Shown here in pieces: positions 57,123 through 64,000 of a stretch of DNA of 64,000 nucleotides. The position numbers were made by a program, and so were the translations under genes. Position 1 is the first letter of the stretch; every line of letters begins with the position of its first letter. Source of the DNA: an uncultured Acidobacteriaceae bacterium (GTDB taxonomy: Bacteria > Acidobacteriota > Terriglobia > Terriglobales > Acidobacteriaceae); assembly GCA_963830295.1 (NCBI GenBank), contig CAWHLT010000005.1, positions 292,202-356,201 of the forward strand. Reading direction: 5' to 3'. Under the pieces are notes generated by a model. That model was given only the letters and a program-made list of their open reading frames with translations, was not told the DNA's origin and searched no databases.

Positions 57123-57686
57123 ATGAAAAATCTATACATCGTTTCAAGCATGCTTTTGTTGCTGGGATCAACGGCCATCGCGCAGTCGAATGACTGGCAG
57201 GCAGTCCGCGGCATTCTGCCGGGAACCACAATCAAAGTCAAACTCAAACACAAGCCCACATTCGGGCACTGCGCTCTGGAGGAAGTTACCGACGACGGAC
57301 TGGCATGTTATTCGCGCGAAACCGGGGAGCAGCAATTTGCGCGGGAAGATATCCGCGCGGTCTATGTTGCACATAATGCCAAGTTAATTGGGCTGGCGAT
57401 AGGAGCGGGCGCTGGAGCAGTGAATGGCGCTGCGAACAATCCAGCCACCGGGTTAAGCCGTGGCGGCAATGCGCTTGTGGCCGCATTGTTGCTGGGAGGC
57501 ATCGGAATGGCCGTTGGCGCTGCGACCGGACCCTTTTTCAACGGCAAGGCTATCTATCGGAGCGCGGACGGCCCACCGAAAAAAGCCAAGTGTCCGCCTT
57601 CGCTTGAACCCGCGAAAAGCACTGTGTCGGACAGCACTCTGCCGAAGCTCGATTCAGTCGCGCCGCAGACGCCTGCACATCAGTAG
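57123..57686 (+). CDS. Small secreted protein with a glycine-zipper segment
   Basis: Signal peptide MKNLYIVSSMLLLLGSTAIAQ. GLAIGAGAGAVNGA..LLLGGIGMAVGAATG. Confidence 0.5.
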   Translation: MKNLYIVSSMLLLLGSTAIAQSNDWQAVRGILPGTTIKVKLKHKPTFGHCALEEVTDDGLACYSRETGEQQFAREDIRAVYVAHNAKLIGLAIGAGAGAVNGAANNPATGLSRGGNALVAALLLGGIGMAVGAATGPFFNGKAIYRSADGPPKKAKCPPSLEPAKSTVSDSTLPKLDSVAPQTPAHQ

Positions 57687-57756
57687 AAAGTGTGACACTC
57701 CGGAAACTGTCATAGATCCGCAACCACGGTTCACACAGCTTGACTAGGATGCGCGT

Positions 57757-58386
57757 ATGAAAAATATAAAAACAATCTCCTTCCTGTTGGCGCCGGTTCT
57801 GCTGGCGTCGGTCGCATTGGCCCAAACCAGAGATGCACAAGGGGTAGATAATGCCTCGGCAGAGAACTCCATCTCGGCGGCGCGGAGTCAATACACGTTG
57901 CCGGACGCGAGCGGCACAACGCTTGCTCAGCTTCATCGTGGCGGATCGGCGCACCCATTTCCAGCCCAGCGGGGATATCCTCGAGGAACATACCAAACGC
58001 CGTGGATGGATCATGGGAATGCCGGACACATTCTTGTCGGGGCGGCAATCGGGTTTGGTGTGGGCGCGGCCCTCGGCGCGAGCGGCAGCGCTCGCAACGG
58101 GACCCCGGTCGCAGGCGGAATAATCGTCGGCGGCGGACTGTTTGCCCTGTTCGGCGGATGCGTTGGCAAGGCTGTCGGCGATTTGCAGGGCTTGCACTAT
58201 GCGTCTGCACATCGCAGACGAATTCATCGACCGTCCGCGCCCGAGGACGATGAAGAGAGCGAGGTCGGGTCTCATTCCAAGGCCAAAAAACAAGATCAAG
58301 AGGCACTGGTGAAGCCTGCCTCACCCGGCCAAGGCGCGGGTGGTGATGCAATGGCTCCGGCGTCACCGATGCCCGCAGCCCCATAG
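57757..58386 (+). CDS. Small secreted protein with a glycine-zipper segment
   Basis: Signal peptide MKNIKTISFLLAPVLLASVALAQ. VGAAIGFGVGAALGASG..GGIIVGGGLFALFGG. Confidence 0.5.
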   Translation: MKNIKTISFLLAPVLLASVALAQTRDAQGVDNASAENSISAARSQYTLPDASGTTLAQLHRGGSAHPFPAQRGYPRGTYQTPWMDHGNAGHILVGAAIGFGVGAALGASGSARNGTPVAGGIIVGGGLFALFGGCVGKAVGDLQGLHYASAHRRRIHRPSAPEDDEESEVGSHSKAKKQDQEALVKPASPGQGAGGDAMAPASPMPAAP

Positions 58387-58548
58387 CGGTTTTCTACTGC
58401 ATGAATGCGTCTCCTGATGCGCCCGTGCCAGCCTGGTTACCGGCGGTGACCATCCCGGCTCGAAGCCGTCTAAGCTGGTGATATACTCTGTATATTCAGC
58501 ACGGTAGCCGGGGAAGCTCGACAGCCCTCAACCGAAGGAAAATTCAAG

Positions 58549-60150
58549 ATGGCACGTAGTTCTCGCCGCTCACTCTTCCTGGTAGTTTTCTTTTTGCTTG
58601 CCTGCGGTTTTCTGGGAATTCTTTTTGCCCAGCGCACGGGACAGCAGTCATCGCTCTCGAGCGACTCCGACGTCAAAGACAGCCTGAAACAATTCACTGA
58701 CGTCTATGCGGTCATTGAGCAGAACTACGCGGAGCCGGTCAATCCGGATAAAGCCATCTATAACGGGGCGATCCCAGGCATGCTGCACGCGCTCGATCCG
58801 CACTCCAATTTCTTCGACCCCAAGTCTTATGCTCTGATGCGCGAAGACCAGCGCGGCAAATATTACGGCGTGGGCATGACCGTGGGCCCGCGCAACAACA
58901 AAGTGATCGTGATCTTCCCCTTTACGGGCACGCCCGCCTACAAGGCCGGCATTCATCCCGGCGATGTGATCATTGCGGTCGATGGCAAATCCACCGAGAA
59001 CATGAGCACGCCCGATGTGGCCGATATGCTCAAAGGGCCTAAAGGCACGACGGTGCACATCAGCATTTCGCGCGAGGGCGTAGAGAAGCCGATGGAGTTC
59101 ACGCTGATTCGCGACGAGATTCCCCGCTACAGCGTGGATGTGCATTTCCTGATCCGGCCGGGCATCGGCTATCTGCACGTGACCGGATTCAACGAGACTA
59201 CGGAAGAAGAAGTCGCAAGAGCGCTGGACGAATTTGGCGAACTCAAAGGTCTGATTCTCGATCTGCGGGGAAATCCCGGCGGCCTGCTCAGTGAAGGCGT
59301 GGGCGTCGCCGACAAATTCCTGAAGAAGAATCAGCTCATCGTCTCTCATCATGGCCGGGCTTCGGCAGAAAAGCGTTACGTCGCGCAGCACGGCAACGGT
59401 GGCAAGGATTATCCGCTGGTGGTGCTGGTAAATCGCTTGACCGCGTCGGCAGCCGAGATCGTTTCCGGCGCCATTCAGGATCACGATCGCGGCCTGATCG
59501 TGGGTGAGGTTACCTTTGGCAAAGGTCTGGTCCAGACTGTGTATCCGCTGTCGGAGAACACCGGACTCGCACTTACCACGGCGCATTACTACACGCCGAG
59601 CGGCCGCCTGATTCAGCGCGACTACAGCAACATTTCCCTCTACGATTATTACTACAACCGCCAGTCGGAATCCGGCGGCAATGCCAACCGCGAAGTAAAA
59701 CTGACGGACAGTGGACGCACGGTTTACGGCGGTGGCGGAATCACGCCTGATGTCGTGATTCCTCCGGTCAAGAGCAATCACTTCCAGGACACGCTGTTGC
59801 AGCACTATGCGTTCTTCAACTTCGCAAAGCGCTATGTCGTGACCCATCGCCCAACGAAGAGCTTCGAAGTCAACGACGGCACGATGCAGGACTTCCGCAA
59901 GTCGCTCGACGACGCCAACATTTCCTACACTCAGGCGGATCTGCTGGATAACAACGACTGGCTCAAAGCCAACATCAAAGCCGAAATTTTCGTGGACGCT
60001 TTTGGTCAGGATGAAGGCATGAAGGTGCGCGCAGAATCGGATCCGGAAGTGCTGAAGGGTCTGGACCTGCTTCCGCAAGCCAAAGCCCTGGCCGACAATG
60101 CCAAGAAGATCGTGGCCGAACATAACGGAACTGGCAATTTCGGACGGTAG
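58549..60150 (+). CDS. S41 family C-terminal processing (tail-specific) peptidase with PDZ domain
   Basis: GIHPGDVIIAVDG (PDZ), LDLRGNPGG, and VNRLTASAAEIVSGAIQDHDRGLIVGEVTFGKG with catalytic Ser/Lys motifs. Confidence 0.9.
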   Translation: MARSSRRSLFLVVFFLLACGFLGILFAQRTGQQSSLSSDSDVKDSLKQFTDVYAVIEQNYAEPVNPDKAIYNGAIPGMLHALDPHSNFFDPKSYALMREDQRGKYYGVGMTVGPRNNKVIVIFPFTGTPAYKAGIHPGDVIIAVDGKSTENMSTPDVADMLKGPKGTTVHISISREGVEKPMEFTLIRDEIPRYSVDVHFLIRPGIGYLHVTGFNETTEEEVARALDEFGELKGLILDLRGNPGGLLSEGVGVADKFLKKNQLIVSHHGRASAEKRYVAQHGNGGKDYPLVVLVNRLTASAAEIVSGAIQDHDRGLIVGEVTFGKGLVQTVYPLSENTGLALTTAHYYTPSGRLIQRDYSNISLYDYYYNRQSESGGNANREVKLTDSGRTVYGGGGITPDVVIPPVKSNHFQDTLLQHYAFFNFAKRYVVTHRPTKSFEVNDGTMQDFRKSLDDANISYTQADLLDNNDWLKANIKAEIFVDAFGQDEGMKVRAESDPEVLKGLDLLPQAKALADNAKKIVAEHNGTGNFGR

Positions 60151-60199
60151 GACAATTCAAAGTTTCAAGATCTGAAAGTTTCAAGGTTTCGGTGATAAC

Positions 60200-60229
60200 A
60201 GGTCCGGATAATTCCGGACCTTTGTTGTT
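60200..60229 (+). terminator. Rho-independent terminator after the S41 peptidase gene
   Basis: AGGTCCGGA-TAAT-TCCGGACCT is a perfect 9-bp stem, followed by TTGTTGTT. Confidence 0.65.
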
Positions 60230-60254
60230 CAGGGCTGCGAAACTTGTTCTTCCG

Positions 60255-60283
60255 TTGACTTCAGAATTCAGCTGTGTGAAAAT
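60255..60283 (+). promoter_or_regulatory. Candidate sigma-70-type promoter for the cpaA-tadE-tadE-tadG unit
   Basis: TTGACT, a 17-nt spacer, then TGtGAAAAT (extended -10-like), 28 nt before the TTG start at 60311. The consensus may not apply in this phylum. Confidence 0.3.
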
Positions 60284-60310
60284 CCGCCGCAGTAGGGCGC
60301 TGGAGACGGT

Positions 60311-60835
60311 TTGAAGCCGATTATCCTGGGACTGGCGGTCGCGTTGGCGCTGATCGCCGGCTACACGGATTGGCGCAGCCGGCGCATCCCAAACTGGCTC
60401 ACGATGCCGGGATTTATCATCGGAGTTTCGGTGAACGTGCTGGCCGGCGGGTGGGTAGGGCTGAAGACCTCCCTGCTGGGCGCGGGACTGGGCCTGCTTG
60501 TGCTATTGCCCTTTATTTTTCTGCGCAGCCTGGGTGCGGGCGACTGGAAGCTGGCCGGAGCCCTGGGCGCGTTCGTGGGTTGGGAAGCGATGGTGACTTT
60601 GCTGATGGGCTCGGTCTTCGTGGCCGGCATCATGGCTTTGGCCTTGGTGATTTACAAGCGGCGATTCAAACAAACGCTGCGAAACATTGGGAGGCTGCTC
60701 GCGTCCATGGTGACTTTTCACATGCCGGGGCCCGAGGTCTCGCTGGACAATCCGCAATCGCTCAAAGTTCCCTATGGCGTAGCATTAGCCTTGACCACAG
60801 TCTTGTTCGGCATCCGGAGGTTATGGGGAGCGTGA
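60311..60835 (+). CDS. cpaA: A24-family prepilin peptidase, CpaA/TadV type
   Basis: YTDWRSRRIPN and LGAGDWKLAGALG carry the two Asp motifs. 5-6 TM helices. TTG start. Confidence 0.75.
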   Translation: MKPIILGLAVALALIAGYTDWRSRRIPNWLTMPGFIIGVSVNVLAGGWVGLKTSLLGAGLGLLVLLPFIFLRSLGAGDWKLAGALGAFVGWEAMVTLLMGSVFVAGIMALALVIYKRRFKQTLRNIGRLLASMVTFHMPGPEVSLDNPQSLKVPYGVALALTTVLFGIRRLWGA

Positions 60836-61425
60836 GCGGCAAGTACAATTCGGGAGCCTTGCGCCGCCTTGCGCGCGGCACGCGCGGGAGCGAAATCATC
60901 GAATTTGCCATGGTAGTGCCGCTGCTATTTATGTTTCTGATGGGAATATTCTGGTTCGGGCAGGCGTTCCGCATTTATGGAACGCTGACGCAAGCCACTC
61001 GCGCCGGAGCGCGCGCGGCAGTGGCTCCGGTCTGCGCGACGTGCGTTTCCCCAGGACCTAATGGCGCCGCCCAAAATGCCCAGACCGCAGTCACAAACGC
61101 GATGTCGGCGGCGCATTTGAATACGGCTCAACTGGTTCCCACGTCTCAGTGGACAGCGCCAAATCTGTGCCAGTGCAACAGTGGGGGCTCGTCATCCTCC
61201 TGTTCCACCCCGGTCCTATGCAACGGCAGCATTACAAACATTTGCGTGCAACCGAACGTTCAGTTGTCCTATCCGACGAATGGCCAAGGGGGCATGGGTA
61301 CGTGCGGCACATCGGTGAGTTTGCGGTACAAGTATCCCTTCTCGTTCAAGATTCCCCTTACCAACCTGGATCTCGGAACCATACAACTTCCCGGCCAGGC
61401 GCAGATGAGGGCGGAGACGCAATGA
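60823..61425 (+). CDS. TadE-like pseudopilin
   Basis: GSEIIEFAMVVPLLFMFLMGIFWFG is an N-terminal TadE motif. GGAGG lies before ATG 60823. 13-nt overlap with cpaA. The listed ORF 60370..61425 is an out-of-gene extension. Confidence 0.7.
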   Translation: MGSVSGKYNSGALRRLARGTRGSEIIEFAMVVPLLFMFLMGIFWFGQAFRIYGTLTQATRAGARAAVAPVCATCVSPGPNGAAQNAQTAVTNAMSAAHLNTAQLVPTSQWTAPNLCQCNSGGSSSSCSTPVLCNGSITNICVQPNVQLSYPTNGQGGMGTCGTSVSLRYKYPFSFKIPLTNLDLGTIQLPGQAQMRAETQ

Positions 61426-62042
61426 CGGTAGATGCGATGACCCGGAGCGCAAAGGGAATTGCAATGCAGGCTTTTTCGTCAGCGAAACGAAGACGAGTGG
61501 GGACCGACGACCGCGCGTCCCAGATCGTGGAGGTTGCTATCTCGTTACCCTTGCTGGTTTTTCTGGTCGTCGGAATTTTTGACTTCAGCAATGCGCTTAC
61601 ACTCAAGCAAAGGTTGACCAACGCCGCGCGTGAAGGCGCCCGCGTAGCTGCGTCGGATCCGGCCACCGACCTCGTCAGCTATTCCACACCGGTCCCGGTG
61701 TCGGTTGGCGACGCCTTCCAGGTGGTGGACAACTATCTGGTATCCGAAAAGATCAACGACTGTGGATTGTCCACGGCGGGTGCGCCGGCGGTCAGCGGCC
61801 TGCAGTGGAAGTACACATCCACCGGTTCCTGTCCAGGAGCCGGGATCACCCTCATTATCAACCGGGGCTGCGTAAGCCCAATTACGACCAGTACCGGAAC
61901 CGTTGTCAATTTAATCGGAACCTGTGTCACCATCACGTATCCGTATAAGTGGGAGTTCAACAATGTAGCCTCGTCACTGGGGTGGACCGGTTCCGGCCCA
62001 AGTACGATGACTGTGCTGGCCGGGGCTTTTAACGAGAACTGA
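61422..62042 (+). CDS. TadE-like pseudopilin (second copy)
   Basis: SQIVEVAISLPLLVFLVVGIFDFSNAL. ATGA start/stop overlap with the preceding gene. Confidence 0.7.
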   Translation: MTVDAMTRSAKGIAMQAFSSAKRRRVGTDDRASQIVEVAISLPLLVFLVVGIFDFSNALTLKQRLTNAAREGARVAASDPATDLVSYSTPVPVSVGDAFQVVDNYLVSEKINDCGLSTAGAPAVSGLQWKYTSTGSCPGAGITLIINRGCVSPITTSTGTVVNLIGTCVTITYPYKWEFNNVASSLGWTGSGPSTMTVLAGAFNEN

Positions 62043-62048
62043 GACATC

Positions 62049-63527
62049 ATGCTTTCACCGCTAATCCGCCGCGCAGGAAAAAGCAGCAGCAAGGACGCGC
62101 GCTCGAAGGAGCGCGGCGTCACCCTTGCCCTGGTGGCTGCGGCAATGGTGGCAATGATTGGGATGGCCGCGCTCTCCATCGACATCGGCACGTTGTACCA
62201 GGCCAAGGCGGAAGCCCAGCGCGCTGCAGATGCGGCCGCCTTAACCGCAGCCCGAGTGATCTCGCTTTCCGGCGTCACAGGAGACCCGGATACGGCAGCT
62301 TCCTGGCAAGCCGTGTGCGGACCCAGCCCCACCGGCACCGCCACCGTCGCCGCGATCGCCATCGCCAAGGCTCAATGGAATTTTGTTGGCGGCGTTGCCG
62401 CTCCCACCGTAACGGTTACCTACGGTACTGGCGCGGGGGTGACGGACTGTTCCGGCCTCGCAGGATCAACCTCAAGCTTCACCGTGAATCCCACAGTTAC
62501 GGTTTATGTGCAACAGCCGAACGTGCCCACTTTCTTCGGCCGCATTTTTGCGTTGATACCCGGCGGCACGTCTTCAAATTCCGGCGTGAGCGCCACAGCG
62601 ACGGCGGAAGTTTACAACCCCTCCGGCTCGGCCTCGGTGGGGTCTGAGGTTATGGTTCCCGTGCAACCGCGCTGCGTGAAGCCATGGATCGTCCCGGATG
62701 CCGATCCAGTTAATGCGGGGAACAAATTTGTTGAAACGACCGGCACCATTTCAACGCCCGGGACCATCCTTGATGCGTCGCCGGGTGTAATCGGCGAAAC
62801 TTTCAATTTAGTCGCCGACTGCGCCGCGACCGGGACCTGCAACAGCAGCTCGGCTCCGCCCAAACCATATTTCGTTAACCCACCACAGGCTTGCGCCACC
62901 CCGCCGTGTGCTTCTACCACTGCACCGACACCCAACCTGGGATATGTTCCGGCTTGGGTGCAAAACTCTTCGCCAGCTTCTTCAAGCTGCGCCCCTGCGG
63001 GCAATGACTATCAGCAAGCCATAGCGGGGTGCGATAACACCACACCTTACCAGTGCGGCGTGCCAATCGACGACACGGTGACTCCAACTCAAGTGAATCT
63101 GAACGAAAATCCTTATGGAGCGGCCGGCGATACTTCTGTGGCGGCACAGTGCCTCATCCGTGCATCGGGAACCGGGCCGGGCGGCACCACGCAGGATCAA
63201 CTGGTGATGACTTCGTTTCCCTTTCAAATCATGCCCGGCTCATCGAATCCGCTGGGTATCAGCGGTACCGCGATCTCAGGCAGCACTTCCATTGTGTCCC
63301 TTCCGATCTATCAGCACACCACACTTCTGATGACTGGCACCCAGACTCCGGCGGTGACCATCATTGGCTTTCTGCAAGTATTCATCAACTACGTAAATGC
63401 AGACGGCAGCCTGAACGTGACGGTGTTGAACGTCGCCGGGTGCAGCAATCTCGCGACCGGCGCAAGCCCCTTCGTGACCGGATCTTCTCCAGTACCGGTG
63501 CGGCTGATTACACCGCCGACACCGTAA
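62049..63527 (+). CDS. TadG-like pilus assembly protein
   Basis: RGVTLALVAAAMVAMIGMAALSIDIGTLYQAKAEAQRAADAAALTAA is a Tad N-terminal domain. The C-terminal region is long and Thr/Pro/Gly-rich. Confidence 0.65.
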   Translation: MLSPLIRRAGKSSSKDARSKERGVTLALVAAAMVAMIGMAALSIDIGTLYQAKAEAQRAADAAALTAARVISLSGVTGDPDTAASWQAVCGPSPTGTATVAAIAIAKAQWNFVGGVAAPTVTVTYGTGAGVTDCSGLAGSTSSFTVNPTVTVYVQQPNVPTFFGRIFALIPGGTSSNSGVSATATAEVYNPSGSASVGSEVMVPVQPRCVKPWIVPDADPVNAGNKFVETTGTISTPGTILDASPGVIGETFNLVADCAATGTCNSSSAPPKPYFVNPPQACATPPCASTTAPTPNLGYVPAWVQNSSPASSSCAPAGNDYQQAIAGCDNTTPYQCGVPIDDTVTPTQVNLNENPYGAAGDTSVAAQCLIRASGTGPGGTTQDQLVMTSFPFQIMPGSSNPLGISGTAISGSTSIVSLPIYQHTTLLMTGTQTPAVTIIGFLQVFINYVNADGSLNVTVLNVAGCSNLATGASPFVTGSSPVPVRLITPPTP

Positions 63528-63584
63528 TTGCCACGCAGTAAGCCCAGCGAATTCACAGAGATTTTAAGGGAGCAATCCTAGAGG

Positions 63585-64000
63585 TTAGTTGGGAGCGTCA
63601 GTGTCGCTCGTCGCTGGCTTTGGAGGACCGTCAGAAGTAGCGGCCGGCTTGTCACTCGAAGAAGCGGGAGTGTCGGCTGGCGGAGAGGTCTTGGCCGGAC
63701 CAGGTTTAGGCTCAACATCGGCTTCAGGTTCCTCTTGTACGACCGCACGGGCTTGTTGCCGGGGCGGAGGCGGCATCGGCCCTTCGGGGCGCGAGCTGAG
63801 AATAACGCGATCCAGCGCGCGCGGGTCGGTGGTTGAACTCAGAATCAGAAAGTTAAACTTCGATCCATTCAGCAACTGAGACAGAACTTCGGGCGCGGGC
63901 GCAGGGCCGATCTCGGCTACAACCTGCTCTTGTTCCGCTCCCGCGGGAATCGCAATCTCCGCCCCGGTTTGCTGGTGAATCGCAAAAAGAACCTCAGACA
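63585..64000 (-). CDS. Hypothetical protein, C-terminal part. The ORF is open to the window edge.
   Basis: The reading frame has no stop between 63876 and 64000. Acidic Pro/Ala-rich tail. No motif recognised. Confidence 0.4.
   Translation of the reverse strand, partial: SEVLFAIHQQTGAEIAIPAGAEQEQVVAEIGPAPAPEVLSQLLNGSKFNFLILSSTTDPRALDRVILSSRPEGPMPPPPRQQARAVVQEEPEADVEPKPGPAKTSPPADTPASSSDKPAATSDGPPKPATSDTDAPN

Noticed and set aside
58648-60123. 491-aa ORF on the minus strand
   Set aside because: It is antisense to the well-supported S41 peptidase gene. Its composition (Arg/His/Val-rich) is non-protein-like.
60151-60310. Flp-type pilin gene upstream of cpaA
   Set aside because: There is no ORF of suitable size with the hydrophobic Flp motif. 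The gap holds a terminator and a candidate promoter only.
1-64000. tRNA, rRNA, tmRNA or RNase P genes
   Set aside because: I found no cloverleaf-compatible T-arm (GGTTCGAATCC-like) or other hallmark by eye. A tRNAscan/Infernal run is still needed to be certain.

Overview
64 kb of chromosomal DNA, about 58-62% GC. Gene content suggests an Acidobacteriota (Terriglobia-like) genome: GloVer-repeat protein, S53 peptidase with Ig-like repeats, DUF1844, DUF3857/transglutaminase proteins and many secreted peptidases. This taxon call is an inference. Most of the window is ordinary housekeeping: lpxD, plsC, mpl-ldcA-dapF (peptidoglycan recycling), mtnP, ygfZ, ribF, tatA/B-tatC, ubiE-aroB-nadB, and transporters (EamA, CDF, TerC, MgtC-like). 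It is also unusually rich in peptidases (S53, M61, S66, M1, two M28, S41, A24, an HExxH protein, a T1-like protein). I saw no rRNA, tRNA or CRISPR array. The points worth a second look are: (1) a low-GC islet (2563-5023) with a decayed IS1595 transposase and an orphan proteasome-beta/HslV-like Ntn-hydrolase gene; (2) clustered frameshifts, about 16 across ubiE-aroB-nadB, 5 in an M1 peptidase and 6 in the IS1595 gene, plus single ones in three other genes, which are either real pseudogenisation or local assembly indels; (3) an intact IS110-family element with a long structured 3-prime non-coding end, a candidate bridge RNA; (4) at least three families of short dispersed intergenic repeats, some of which supply stop codons or ribosome-binding sites or are translated inside genes; (5) unusual protein architectures: a CDF transporter with three cytoplasmic domains, a 7-Cys insert in YgfZ, and a TM/lipobox/Gly14 module inside the last Ig-like domain of the S53 protein. 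All family assignments are by-eye motif recognition and need HMM or BLAST confirmation.
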